A stretch of 64,000 bases of DNA from Bacteroidota bacterium. Its GTDB lineage: Bacteria > Bacteroidota > Bacteroidia > UBA7662. Position 1 is the stretch's first letter, and every line of letters starts with the position of its first letter. A model generated the notes under the pieces. That model worked only from the letters and a program-made list of their open reading frames with translations. It did not search any database and was not told the DNA's origin. The translations under genes and the position numbers were made by a program. The stretch is taken from assembly GCA_005799065.1 (NCBI GenBank), contig SYHW01000060.1:8654-72653 (forward strand), written 5' to 3'. Positions 1 to 9,785 of this stretch are shown here, piece after piece.

Positions 1-366
1 TCCTGAAAGAGAGGCCACTACCAGCACGCTATCATTGAGTCGGGTAAATTCCACACCTATGCCCTCGAAAGACCCTTCAAGGGGCTCGTTCGCGGCCTGA
101 AGATCTTCGGCGGGCAGGTAGGAGCTGAACGGATCGAGTTGTGCCAGCAGCGCATCGATAGCAGGCTTATGGAGGGTGTCGACGGAAACCGGATCCACAT
201 ACACTTGTTTGATGAGTGAAAGCACCTCTTGGATGGGGTTAGCCGCGCCCGATTCAGGCGTGGGCCCCAGTGGACCACCGCTGTGGAGGCGGTATCCGGC
301 CCACATACCGAGGAGGGTGGTGAGTCCGAACAACAGGGGCAAGCGCCAACTGCTGTTGTGGCGCAA
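1..366 (-). CDS. C-terminal processing (S41, Ctp/Prc-like) peptidase, N-terminal part; the gene continues beyond the window edge. Start codon uncertain.
   Basis: Minus-strand translation reads ...LPLLFGLTTLLGMWAGYRLHSGGPLGPTPESGAANPIQEVLSLIKQVYVDPVSVDTLHKPAIDALLAQLDPFSSYLPAEDLQAANEPLEGSFEGIGVEF..., typical of the S41 peptidase N-terminus after a signal anchor. The frame is open to the window edge. No in-frame ATG lies upstream of the hydrophobic segment; the candidate starts are TTG at 366 or ATG at 306. Confidence 0.5.
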   Translation of the reverse strand, partial: MRHNSSWRLPLLFGLTTLLGMWAGYRLHSGGPLGPTPESGAANPIQEVLSLIKQVYVDPVSVDTLHKPAIDALLAQLDPFSSYLPAEDLQAANEPLEGSFEGIGVEFTRLNDSVLVVASLSG

Positions 367-635
367 CGAACGGGCGTTGGTTCCCTCTACATGGGGTTCG
401 GAGGGTTCCGGGGGCGAGGATTGGGTTTCCAGAAAAAGAAATGATTGATTCAAGAAAAAGCGTTTGCAAAAATGAGGTTATTTTGGTGAATCTAATGCAA
501 TGTTCCTCATTTTTGTGCCGACAAACGATAAGCTACCACAGCCCGATCAAAATGCCCGATCATCCGAACCCTAAACCCCGGCGAACAGCGCCCCGAAAAT
601 CCACCTCGATTCAAGGAGGGGTGTCGACAGATGAC

Positions 636-1484
636 ATGGTAAGGCCCACCGAACAAGCATCGACCTACAGCCATTTTGATCGCCTTTCGACCCGCGCCAT
701 GCTGCGGATCATGAACCGAGAAGACCGCAGTGTGCCCCGGTCAGTGGGCCGGGCTCTGCCACAAGTCGAAAGGCTCGCGGAGGCCATATTTCAACAAATG
801 AGTGCGGGCGGACGGCTGTTTTACCTTGGTGCCGGCACCAGTGGGCGTTTGGGCATTGTTGATGCGAGCGAGTGCCCTCCCACCTTCGGGGTGGAAGCCG
901 GTCGGGTAGTTGGCCTCATAGCCGGAGGTGATGCCGCCATCCGCAAGGCGGTAGAATTTGCCGAAGACCAGGCCGATGGCGGATGGAAAGACCTTCATGC
1001 CCATCAGATTAGCGCGGGCGACATGGTGGTGGGCTTAGCCGCATCGGGCACCACGCCCTACGTAGTGGGGGCCTTGGCCGAGTGCCGCCGTCACAATATC
1101 CCCACCGGATGCATCACCTGCAACCAAAACACACCCCTAGAGGCGCAGGCCGACTACCCCGTGGTGGTTGTGGTGGGACCTGAAGTCATCAGCGGATCCA
1201 CACGCCTCAAAAGCGGTACCGCGCAGAAGCTCGTACTGAATATGCTCACCACCACCGTTATGGTGCGCCTGGGTTACGTGCGTGGCAACCGTATGGTGCA
1301 TATGCAGCTCAGCAACCACAAGCTCTGGGACCGCGGAATCCGAATGTTGCAGCAGGAATACCCCATTACGGAAGCAGAAGCGCGGCGTCTCCTCAAAATG
1401 CATGGTTCTGTTGATGCCGTCATGCGGCAGTTTGAGTCGCCCAGGTCGGAATCAACCTCTTCAGATCCCCATGCATCACATTGA
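636..1484 (+). CDS. murQ: N-acetylmuramic acid 6-phosphate etherase (SIS domain)
   Basis: FDRLSTRAMLRIMNREDRSVP...GRLFYLGAGTSGRLGIVDASECPPTFGV...GSTRLKSGTAQKLVLNML aligns along the full length with MurQ. The ORF track begins at 441, but homology begins about 13 aa after the ATG at 636, and AAGGAGG lies at 613-619. Confidence 0.8.
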   Translation: MVRPTEQASTYSHFDRLSTRAMLRIMNREDRSVPRSVGRALPQVERLAEAIFQQMSAGGRLFYLGAGTSGRLGIVDASECPPTFGVEAGRVVGLIAGGDAAIRKAVEFAEDQADGGWKDLHAHQISAGDMVVGLAASGTTPYVVGALAECRRHNIPTGCITCNQNTPLEAQADYPVVVVVGPEVISGSTRLKSGTAQKLVLNMLTTTVMVRLGYVRGNRMVHMQLSNHKLWDRGIRMLQQEYPITEAEARRLLKMHGSVDAVMRQFESPRSESTSSDPHASH

Positions 1485-2040
1485 GCCCTTTTTTCGCTGG
1501 GTCGACGAATACAGCGCCTGCGCAGATGAATATTCGCCCTTCTACGGGCGGGCCTATTCCGAATTCCAGTACACCCACAGCATCTACAACTACCTCATCC
1601 ATCCACAATGGGATGAATTTGGGTCGGAGACCTTATTTATCAAAATACTATATGTCGACTACCACGACGGCTTTGCGGTGCTTGAATTCATCGGTGAATG
1701 GAACGACGCGGTAAACAACGATGTCATGCAACTCAAATCAGAAGTATTGGAGGTGCTCCTGCGCAACGGGATCCAAAGGTTCCTGTTGTTGGGCGAGCAT
1801 GTACTTAACTTTCACCCGTCCGACGACTGCTACTATGAAGATTGGTTCCAGGATGTCGACGATGGATGGATTGTAGCCATCAACTTCCGCGACACCGTGC
1901 GCGAGGAATGGAGCCGCTGCGGCATCGATCAGTTCCTGCACTACGGGGGTGAACTCGATGATATGCCTTGGCAAAAATACCATCCCAGCGAACTGTTTCG
2001 TTATGTCGATGGTTTGGTCAGTCGTCGACTCAGCATCTAA
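1471..2040 (+). CDS. hypothetical acidic protein (189 aa), family not recognised
   Basis: Long ORF whose first in-frame ATG (1471) overlaps the murQ stop by 14 nt. Asp/Glu/Tyr/Trp-rich; no motif I can name. Confidence 0.45.
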   Translation: MHHIEPFFRWVDEYSACADEYSPFYGRAYSEFQYTHSIYNYLIHPQWDEFGSETLFIKILYVDYHDGFAVLEFIGEWNDAVNNDVMQLKSEVLEVLLRNGIQRFLLLGEHVLNFHPSDDCYYEDWFQDVDDGWIVAINFRDTVREEWSRCGIDQFLHYGGELDDMPWQKYHPSELFRYVDGLVSRRLSI

Positions 2041-2075
2041 TTGTGTAGGTTGATGCATGCCTGCTCAGGTAAATC

Positions 2076-2226
2076 GAGCAGCATAACGACCAAACACAGG
2101 AGCAGCAAAGCGATCACACACGAACAGTATAACGACCAAACACAGGAGCAGCATAACGACCAAACACAGGAGCAGCATAACGACCAAACACAGGAGCAGC
2201 ATAACGACCAAACACAGGAGCAGCAA
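2076..2226 (+). repeat. 24-bp tandem repeat (unit aacgaccaaacacaggagcagcat): one copy, a 30-bp diverged spacer, then four contiguous near-perfect copies
   Basis: Read directly: copies at 2076-2100, 2131-2154, 2155-2178, 2179-2202 and 2203-2226. A+C rich. Lies between the hypothetical ending at 2040 and the ABC exporter. Confidence 0.9.
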
Positions 2227-2356
2227 AGCAACCAACCGCCCGAGCATCAACCGAAACCCTTAAAACCCTCAACCCCCATTGGCACGACCACAATTCAACA
2301 GCAACCAAAGTGTTGGCACCGACGACGCGCCTAAAGTACGCCTCAGCGGCGCAGCC

Positions 2357-4138
2357 TTGAGCCGATTCCTACAGCTGCTGCGGTATATGCGTCCCTACCG
2401 CAGGGCCTACTTCCTTGGATTGCTCATGCTGGTGCTTTCGAGCCTGTCATCGCTCTCCTTTCCTTGGCTCATGGGGCAACTGATCGACACTTCGCTCGGT
2501 CAACTGCCTTCCGACGGCGGAGGAATGTCTGGGGCAAGCAGAGGACCCAGAGTGTCTTGGGACCTCAATGGACTGGCCTGGGTGCTGGTGGGCGTCCTCA
2601 TTTTACAATCGATCTTTTCCTTTGCACGGGTTTACCTCTTCGTGCGCGTGGGCGAGTCGACCCTGGCCGACCTCAGGCGCGACACCTATGCGCATCTTTT
2701 GCGATTGCCTATGGAATTCTTCGGTTCGCGGCGGGTTGGTGAACTCAATTCGAGGCTCTCGGCCGATTTGTCGCTCATTCAAGATACCCTAACCACCACC
2801 ATGGCCGAACTGCTCCGACAAGCTGTTGTTTTGTTGGGCGGCCTCGCCCTATTGGCTTCAACCAGTGTCCGTTTGATGGGATTTATGCTCGCGATTCTCC
2901 CCGTTTTGGTGTTGCTGGCCGTGGTCTTTGGTCGCTGGATTCGAAAGGTGGCCCGTGCAGCACAAGATGAATTGGCCGATGCCCAAACCATTGTTGAAGA
3001 AACCCTGCAAGCCATTGGTAGTGTCAAAGCCTACGCCAATGAGGACTATGAAACCCATCGTTTCTCTGGCAAAATGCGTTCGGTGGTGAAACTAGCCCTC
3101 CGGGGAGCCCTATTCCGGGCGGCCTTCACCAGCTTTGTGATCCTTGGTTTGTTTGGGAGTATTGTAGCCGTCATCTGGTTTGGCGCCCTCATGGTGCGCG
3201 ACGGCAGCCTAAGTATTGGAAGCCTCACCAGCTTTGTTTTGTACAGTACCTTCGTGGGCGCCGCTTTAGGAGGATTTGCCGAGTTGTTTGCCCAATTGCA
3301 GCGCACACTGGGTGCCACCGAACGCGTGCTGGATCTTTTTTCCGAGCCCGCCGAGCCATCGGTTGGGGGAACGGCCGATGCTTCGCAAATCAAAGGACAC
3401 ATTGAGTTTCGGTCGGTCGACTTTCACTACGCGTCTCGGGCCGATGTGCCCGTATTGCGCCATGTGAATCTTTCCGTGGCCCCTGGTGAAACCCTGGCCT
3501 TGGTGGGCGCGAGTGGTGCCGGAAAGTCGACCATTGTTCAGCTGCTCCTCGGTTTCTATTCGCCTGTGGGCGGCACCGTGCAAGTCGATGGGGTAGAACC
3601 CCGTCATTATGGCTGGTCGACCTACCGCCGGAAGTTGGCGGTAGTGCCCCAGGATATCGTTTTATTCGGCGGTACCATTCGAGAGAACATTGCCTACGGT
3701 AGGCCTGGAGCCAGCGATGAGGAGGTCCGTGATGCAGCCATTAGGGCCCACGCCTGGGAATTTATTGAGCAGTTTCCCCAGCAGTTCGATACGGTGGTGG
3801 GTGAACGTGGCGTACGCTTGAGTGGCGGACAAAGACAGCGCATTGCTATAGCCCGCGCCATTTTGCGCGATCCCGTGATTCTCATCCTCGATGAGGCCAC
3901 AAGTTCACTCGACAGTGCATCCGAACGGCTTGTGCAGGCCGGCTTAGAGGAGTTGATGCTTGGAAGAACCTCAGTGGTGGTGGCGCATCGGCTCAGTACG
4001 ATCCGTGGGGCGCATCGCATCGCCGTATTGCAGCAGGGAACTGTAGCGGAATACGGCACACACGACGAGCTGATGGAGTCCGACGGTTTGTATGCAGATA
4101 TGTACCGACTCCAGATGAGTGGCCGCCTATTGGAATAG
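2357..4138 (+). CDS. ABC transporter, fused permease/ATPase (MsbA-like lipid or multidrug exporter)
   Basis: Six-TM N-terminal half; Walker A GASGAGKST, signature LSGGQRQRIAIARA, Walker B ILILDEATSSLD, H-loop VVAHRL. The start is ambiguous: TTG at 2279 (ORF track) or TTG at 2357 (MSRFLQLLRYMRPYR...). No in-frame ATG is present. Confidence 0.85.
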   Translation: MSRFLQLLRYMRPYRRAYFLGLLMLVLSSLSSLSFPWLMGQLIDTSLGQLPSDGGGMSGASRGPRVSWDLNGLAWVLVGVLILQSIFSFARVYLFVRVGESTLADLRRDTYAHLLRLPMEFFGSRRVGELNSRLSADLSLIQDTLTTTMAELLRQAVVLLGGLALLASTSVRLMGFMLAILPVLVLLAVVFGRWIRKVARAAQDELADAQTIVEETLQAIGSVKAYANEDYETHRFSGKMRSVVKLALRGALFRAAFTSFVILGLFGSIVAVIWFGALMVRDGSLSIGSLTSFVLYSTFVGAALGGFAELFAQLQRTLGATERVLDLFSEPAEPSVGGTADASQIKGHIEFRSVDFHYASRADVPVLRHVNLSVAPGETLALVGASGAGKSTIVQLLLGFYSPVGGTVQVDGVEPRHYGWSTYRRKLAVVPQDIVLFGGTIRENIAYGRPGASDEEVRDAAIRAHAWEFIEQFPQQFDTVVGERGVRLSGGQRQRIAIARAILRDPVILILDEATSSLDSASERLVQAGLEELMLGRTSVVVAHRLSTIRGAHRIAVLQQGTVAEYGTHDELMESDGLYADMYRLQMSGRLLE

Positions 4139-4204
4139 GAGGTTTCCCACAATCATTCTATTGTGCAAAATTTTTACCCTTTTCTTTTGTTCGCCCCTCT
4201 ACCT

Positions 4205-4230
4205 TTTTTGTCGCTTATCTTCTATTTTTG
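4205..4230 (+). promoter_or_regulatory. candidate Bacteroidota-type sigma-A promoter (TTTG ... TAnnTTTG) upstream of actA
   Basis: tatttttg at 4223-4230 matches the -7 consensus TAnnTTTG. A TTG lies about 20 bp upstream (4208-4210). The site is 42 nt before the actA ATG. Pattern match only. Confidence 0.25.
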
Positions 4231-4271
4231 CCCCGTCTAATACCGCGTGGTGCGGTAGAAACGTACAGCGA

Positions 4272-5180
4272 ATGAGAGCAATATTCCATTTTCAAAAATC
4301 GGTTGTCTTATGGAGCGGGGCGTTGAGCGTGGGGCTGAATCCGTTGATTTCTGTTACCGCTTTGGCCCAGGATGCCGCAGCAGCGCCAGCAGATTCGGGT
4401 TTTGGTTTGTCTCAGCTCATCTGGATCCTCATTTTTATCGCCGCTGCTGTGGCTTGGCTGCTTGTACGCAGCAGCCGCATGCTGGATGAAGAATATCAGG
4501 AGCGAGTCGATTCAGGTAAAGCCGATCCCGAAAAACTCAAAGATGTCGGCATCAAATTCAAGCCCCGTGCTGTACACGTGGTTGGGGCTTTGCTCACCCT
4601 GTTTCTGATAGGTGGCATCGGTTGGGGCATTGATGTGGCCTCGCACGTGGGTATACAGCAGGGCTATCAGCCTGCTCAACCTGTGGCCTTTAGCCATGAA
4701 TTGCACGCAGGTGCGCATCAAATCGCGTGCAGTTATTGCCATACGGGTGTGGAACGCGGTAAAAGTGCCACCATCCCTTCGGTGAACATCTGCATGAATT
4801 GCCACAACCAAATCAAAAAAGACGCCCCAGAAATCAAGAAGATTCATGCGGCCTGGGAACAAAACCGTCCGATTGAATGGATTAGAATCCACAATCTGCC
4901 TGATTTCGCTTATTTCAACCATTACCAGCACTATAAAATTGCGGGCATCGAATGCCAGACCTGTCATGGACCGATCGAGAAGATGCCCGAGGTGTATCAG
5001 CATTCTCAGCTGACCATGGGTTGGTGTATTAACTGTCACCGCGAAACCAAGGTCGATCTCGACAATGGTTATTACCAAGCCGTACACGGAGACAAGCCCG
5101 CCTTTCAGGCCGCTTTGAAAGAAAAAGGGCTCACCATCGCCAATTTGGGTGGTTTAGAGTGCTCTAAGTGTCACTATTGA
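4272..5180 (+). CDS. actA: alternative complex III subunit ActA (pentahaem cytochrome c)
   Basis: Five CxxCH motifs (CSYCH, CMNCH, CQTCH, CINCH, CSKCH), N-terminal signal/TM, and first gene of the actABCDEF order. The ORF track starts at 4119 inside the ABC gene; the first sensible ATG is at 4272. Confidence 0.85.
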   Translation: MRAIFHFQKSVVLWSGALSVGLNPLISVTALAQDAAAAPADSGFGLSQLIWILIFIAAAVAWLLVRSSRMLDEEYQERVDSGKADPEKLKDVGIKFKPRAVHVVGALLTLFLIGGIGWGIDVASHVGIQQGYQPAQPVAFSHELHAGAHQIACSYCHTGVERGKSATIPSVNICMNCHNQIKKDAPEIKKIHAAWEQNRPIEWIRIHNLPDFAYFNHYQHYKIAGIECQTCHGPIEKMPEVYQHSQLTMGWCINCHRETKVDLDNGYYQAVHGDKPAFQAALKEKGLTIANLGGLECSKCHY

Positions 5181-5230
5181 TGTCTCGTTTGAAAATTCAT
5201 TGAACCGAAGGTTACCGCTGATCAACTGTT

Positions 5231-8200
5231 ATGGATAAAACACAACCCAAGTACTGGAGGAGCTTAGCCGAATGGCAGCAGGAAGAATCGTTCCGTGATG
5301 AAGCTTCCCGCGAATTCAAAGAAGAATTGCCCCTCGAGGAAATTCTCGGATCGGGCAGTTTGTCTCTTTCCTCCAACCGCCGCGATTTTTTGAAGTTTTT
5401 CGGTTTCGGTATGGGAGCCGCTACATTGGCCGCCTGTACCAAGGCTCCGGTGAAAAAGGCCATTCCTTTCGTGAATCATCCCGAGGAGATGTCTCCGTCA
5501 TTGGCTACTTGGTATGCAACAACCTATTATGATGGCTACGATTACGCGAGCGTACTGGTGAAAACCCGCGAAGGGCGCCCCATCAAAATGGAGGGCAATG
5601 CCCTTTCGCCTATTTCGCAAGGTGGTGTAAATGCCCGGGTACATGCCTCTGTTTTGTCGCTCTACGATACCACGCGCTATAAAAGCCCGCGTTCGGGTAC
5701 CCAATCGATCTCCTGGTCGGAATTCGACCAGAAGTTTAGTGCCCAAATGGACGCCGCTGCGGGTCGCCCCGTTGTTATGCTCACCAACAGTGTGGTGAGT
5801 CCTACTACCCGTCGCCTGATGACCCAGGCAATGGCCAAGTACCCCAATCTTCGCTGGGTATCTTATGACTCCATTTCCGCTTCAGGCATGCTCGACGCCA
5901 ATGAGGTCGATTTCGGTCAGGCCGCTTTACCGTCTTATCGTTTTGCTCAGGCACGTGTGGTATTGGGCATCGATGCCGACTTTTTAGGCAACTGGTTGAT
6001 GCCCGTCGCCTACACACGCGATTACACCCAAAACCGCAAAATCAATCCCGATAAACCGGAGATGTCTCGACACATTCAGTTCGAATCACGATTGAGTGTC
6101 ACGGGATCCAACGCCGATGTGCGCGCAACCTACCGCGCATCCCAAGAAGCCCTTGTGGTGGCCAACCTCTACAATGCAGTAGCAAAATTGGCCGGACAAA
6201 GCCTGTTATCGGTTCCAGCCCTGGAACTTGCGGGCAACTCAATCACACAATCGGCCGCTGCTTTGTGGAAGGCAAAGGGCCAGGCTTTGGTGGTTTGTGG
6301 ATCCAATGACCCTAAAGTGCAACGCATGGTCAACGGCATCAATCAAATGTTGGGTTCTTATGGCAGTACCATTGATTGGTCTTCCCCTATGTCAATCCGA
6401 CAGGGCCGCGACAAAGATATGGAGCAACTGATGGCTGATTTGAAGTCCGGTGCTGTGGCTGGTTTAATTGTTTGTGGTGCCAACCCCGTTTATGATCATC
6501 CGAAAGGTAATGAGTGGGTTGAATTGATTAAAAAAGCCACAGTGAGTGTGGCTTTCGCAACCCAGCCCGACGAAACGGCTGTATGTGCCCGCCTGATTGG
6601 AGCTTGCAGCCACTTCCTGGAGAGTTGGGGAGACGCTGAGCCAGTTGCCGGTCAATACAGCCTCCAGCAACCGGCCATTTCTCGCCTCTACGACACCCGT
6701 TCCCTGAATGAGTGGTTGCTCCAAATGTGTGGATCATCAGAATCGGCCTACGACGCATTGAAATCGACTTGGAACGGACTCGCTTCCGCTTCAGGTGCCG
6801 CCGATGCCGGCGCATTCTGGCGTACTGCCCTACACAATGGGGTGTACAGCGTTCAGGCTAATCCTGTTTCTTCAGTAGCCTACAAAGGCTTTGATGCTTC
6901 AGTAGCCTTAGGAATCACAGCGGGCAAGGCCGACGGTTTGGATTTGGTGTTGTACGAAAAATTGAGTTTGGGTAATGGTGCGCACGCAAGCAACCCATGG
7001 CTGCAGGAAATGCCCGATCCCATTTCTAAAGCTTGTTGGGACAACTACCTGGCAGTGAACGTGAAAACCGCTCGTGAGAATAACTGGAAAGATGGCGATA
7101 TGGTGAAGGTGAAAGCCGGATCCGTGGAAGTTGAGGTTCCTGTATTGGTTCAGCCAGGTATGCATCCCCGGACGGTGGCCCTGGCTGTTGGCTATGGCCG
7201 AACGGAGGTGGGTGTGGCCGGAAAAGGGATCGGTGTGAATGCCTTCGCATTGGTGCAGGCGGGTAGTCATCGCTCTTCGATTGTTTCGGGGGTGCAGGTT
7301 TCCGCAACCGGTCAAACCACTGAGCTCGCCCAGACCCAAACACATCACACCATCGAGGGGCGGAATATTGTTAAGGAAACCCACCTTGACCGATATGTGG
7401 CCGACCATTCCGACGGCAATGTTCGTCCGTACGTCACCCGCAAGAAAGCCGACGGAACCTATGAAAAGGTCTACCCCGGAAAGAGCCGCAATGCCATCAC
7501 CCTTTGGCAGGACCGCGACTACGAAGGTCACCATTGGGCCATGGCGGTAGATTTGAATGCCTGTACGGGTTGTGGCGCCTGTGTGGTGAGTTGCCAAGTC
7601 GAAAACAATGTGCCGGTCGTGGGCAAGCAAGAAGTCATCAACCGAAGAGAGATGCACTGGATCCGAATCGACCGCTACTACGCGTTTGTTGAAGATGGCG
7701 AGCGGATCGATAAAGAAAACGACTACGAGCGCATCGGAACAGGCGATCAAGTAGATGTGGTGTTTCAGCCTGTTATGTGTATGCAGTGCGACAATGCGCC
7801 CTGCGAAACCGTTTGTCCGGTCTTGGCCACTGTGCACTCAGACGAGGGCCTCAATCAAATGGTCTACAACCGTTGTGTGGGTACGCGCTACTGCGCCAAC
7901 AATTGTCCCTACAAAGTACGCCGGTTCAACTGGTTCAGCTACATCGACAACCCAAAGTTCAATACCAACCCTTCACAAACCGACCTCGGTCGAATGGTGC
8001 TGAACCCCGATGTCACCGTTCGGGCACGGGGTGTCATGGAGAAATGTACCTTCTGCGTACAACGCATCCAGGCAGGAAAGCTCGACGCCAAGCGTGAGGG
8101 GCGTGGAGTGAATGACGGTGAGGTCAAGACAGCCTGTCAGCAGTCTTGCCCGGCCGGTGCCATTGTGTTCGGTGATCTCAACGACCCCGAGAGTGAAGTA

Positions 8201-8311
8201 TCGCGCTTATTCTTGAATGAGCGTTCCTATGGCGTAATTGAAGAACTCAATGTTCTCCCCTCGGTCAACTACCTCACGAAAGTCAGAAACCGCGATACCG
8301 CAAAAGCTTAG
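5231..8311 (+). CDS. actB: alternative complex III subunit ActB (fused molybdopterin-oxidoreductase-like B1 and 4Fe-4S ferredoxin B2 domains)
   Basis: Tat signal SNRRDFLKFFGFGMGAATLAA; C-terminal half with multiple Cys clusters (CTGCGACVVSC, CMQCDNAPCETVCP, CVGTRYCANNCP); 1026 aa. Confidence 0.9.
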   Translation: MDKTQPKYWRSLAEWQQEESFRDEASREFKEELPLEEILGSGSLSLSSNRRDFLKFFGFGMGAATLAACTKAPVKKAIPFVNHPEEMSPSLATWYATTYYDGYDYASVLVKTREGRPIKMEGNALSPISQGGVNARVHASVLSLYDTTRYKSPRSGTQSISWSEFDQKFSAQMDAAAGRPVVMLTNSVVSPTTRRLMTQAMAKYPNLRWVSYDSISASGMLDANEVDFGQAALPSYRFAQARVVLGIDADFLGNWLMPVAYTRDYTQNRKINPDKPEMSRHIQFESRLSVTGSNADVRATYRASQEALVVANLYNAVAKLAGQSLLSVPALELAGNSITQSAAALWKAKGQALVVCGSNDPKVQRMVNGINQMLGSYGSTIDWSSPMSIRQGRDKDMEQLMADLKSGAVAGLIVCGANPVYDHPKGNEWVELIKKATVSVAFATQPDETAVCARLIGACSHFLESWGDAEPVAGQYSLQQPAISRLYDTRSLNEWLLQMCGSSESAYDALKSTWNGLASASGAADAGAFWRTALHNGVYSVQANPVSSVAYKGFDASVALGITAGKADGLDLVLYEKLSLGNGAHASNPWLQEMPDPISKACWDNYLAVNVKTARENNWKDGDMVKVKAGSVEVEVPVLVQPGMHPRTVALAVGYGRTEVGVAGKGIGVNAFALVQAGSHRSSIVSGVQVSATGQTTELAQTQTHHTIEGRNIVKETHLDRYVADHSDGNVRPYVTRKKADGTYEKVYPGKSRNAITLWQDRDYEGHHWAMAVDLNACTGCGACVVSCQVENNVPVVGKQEVINRREMHWIRIDRYYAFVEDGERIDKENDYERIGTGDQVDVVFQPVMCMQCDNAPCETVCPVLATVHSDEGLNQMVYNRCVGTRYCANNCPYKVRRFNWFSYIDNPKFNTNPSQTDLGRMVLNPDVTVRARGVMEKCTFCVQRIQAGKLDAKREGRGVNDGEVKTACQQSCPAGAIVFGDLNDPESEVSRLFLNERSYGVIEELNVLPSVNYLTKVRNRDTAKA

Positions 8312-8345
8312 TGTTTAATATTATTGTAACAAACGATACGATAAG

Positions 8346-9785
8346 ATGTACGAATCCCCCATCAGGCGACCGCTGATCACCGGCGAGACCAGCTACGCCA
8401 AAATCACCGAAGACATTGCCCAGACCGTCGAGGGCAAGCCCACCAAGTGGTGGTACCTAGGATTTATAGTTTCGGTCGCTGCCCTTGGCTTGTGGTTTCT
8501 TACCGTAGGATATCTGCTCTTTACTGGGGTAGGGGTGTGGGGCCTCAACAAAACAGTCGACTGGGGTTGGGACATCACCAACTTCGTTTGGTGGGTGGGT
8601 ATCGGTCACGCCGGCACCCTGATTTCCGCCATTTTGTTGCTTTTTCGTCAAAAGTGGCGGACGGCGGTGAATCGATCAGCGGAGGCCATGACCATTTTTG
8701 CAGTCATTTGTGCGGGTAGTTATCCGCTGCTCCACGCCGGTCGCCCTTGGGTGATTTATTGGGTATTTCCCTTGCCCAATACATATGGGTCTCTTTGGGC
8801 CAACTTTAACTCTCCCTTATTGTGGGACGTATTCGCGATTTCGACCTATCTCACCGTATCTGTGGTGTTCTGGTATGTGGGTCTTATTCCTGATTTGGCA
8901 ACCATCCGCGACCGAGCCACCGGTCTTCGGCGCAAGATCTATGGTTTCTTCAGTTTTGGATGGAATGGATCGGCCAAGGCGTGGCAGCGATTTGAAAGTG
9001 TATCCCTCATCCTCGCAGGTTTGGCCACTCCACTCGTTCTTTCCGTGCATACCATCGTATCGATGGACTTCGCTACTTCGGTGATTCCGGGATGGCACAC
9101 CACCATTTTCCCACCCTACTTTGTGGCGGGTGCCGTTTTTAGCGGCTTTGCCATGGTGCTTACCCTCCTCATCATCATGCGTAAGGCCATGCGCCTCGAA
9201 CAATACATCACCATCAACCACATCGATGTGATGAACAAGATCATACTGGTTACGGGTTCTATTGTCGGTTCGGCCTACATCACCGAGTTTTTTATTGCCT
9301 GGTACAGCGCCGTTCCCTACGAACGTTATGCATTCATCAACCGCGCATTCGGTCCTTACTGGTGGGCATATTGGGCTATGATGACGTGTAATGTCATTAC
9401 ACCCCAGTTGTTTTGGTCCCAGAAACTGCGCCGCAACATTACGGCGGTGTTCATCATCTCTATTTTCGTGAACATTGGTATGTGGTTTGAGCGATTTGTG
9501 ATCATCGTAACCTCTCTGCACCGCGACTACCTTCCTTCGAGTTGGGCCATGTATTCACCATCCTGGGTAGAAATTGGCATGTTCATTGGTTCGCAGGGCC
9601 TGTTCTTCACCCTCTTTTTCTTGTTCGCGAAGTTTGTGCCGGTTATAGCCATCGCTGAGGTCAAATCGGTAGCCAAGAGTTCCGCATCACAGTACATTAA
9701 AAAGACGGCTGATCAGGAAGGCGTCGATCTCAAAGAGTTGAATCCACAGGTTGTTGTACCCCAATTAATCGATCAGTATGAGTAA
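8346..9785 (+). CDS. actC: alternative complex III subunit ActC (NrfD/PsrC-like polytopic membrane subunit)
   Basis: About 10 TM helices, NrfD-like, and position in the operon. Confidence 0.85.
   Translation: MYESPIRRPLITGETSYAKITEDIAQTVEGKPTKWWYLGFIVSVAALGLWFLTVGYLLFTGVGVWGLNKTVDWGWDITNFVWWVGIGHAGTLISAILLLFRQKWRTAVNRSAEAMTIFAVICAGSYPLLHAGRPWVIYWVFPLPNTYGSLWANFNSPLLWDVFAISTYLTVSVVFWYVGLIPDLATIRDRATGLRRKIYGFFSFGWNGSAKAWQRFESVSLILAGLATPLVLSVHTIVSMDFATSVIPGWHTTIFPPYFVAGAVFSGFAMVLTLLIIMRKAMRLEQYITINHIDVMNKIILVTGSIVGSAYITEFFIAWYSAVPYERYAFINRAFGPYWWAYWAMMTCNVITPQLFWSQKLRRNITAVFIISIFVNIGMWFERFVIIVTSLHRDYLPSSWAMYSPSWVEIGMFIGSQGLFFTLFFLFAKFVPVIAIAEVKSVAKSSASQYIKKTADQEGVDLKELNPQVVVPQLIDQYE

Noticed and set aside
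441-636. N-terminally extended ORF starts from the track (441 for murQ, 1282 for the hypothetical, 4119 for actA, 20472 for aroC, 45727-46569 for the response regulator, 54121-54864 for the secreted hypothetical)
   Set aside because: The extensions overlap upstream genes and lack homology or a signal logic; internal ATGs coincide with the start of family-level conservation or of signal peptides.
2037-2334. Four overlapping ORFs on both strands (2041-2334 plus; 2037-2231, 2065-2250, 2114-2308 minus) encoding repetitive peptides
   Set aside because: All arise from the 24-bp tandem repeat keeping every frame open. Simultaneous open frames on both strands with repetitive translations are the signature of a repeat, not of genes. 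The plus-strand frame remains a formal possibility and is noted in the findings.
6908-7837. 309-aa minus-strand ORF antisense to actB; similar antisense ORFs at 3694-4152, 4512-5087, 8817-9521 and 21804-22517
   Set aside because: These sit entirely inside well-supported genes on the opposite strand. Such antisense ORFs occur by chance at this GC content and are His/Arg/Gly-rich nonsense translations with no motifs.
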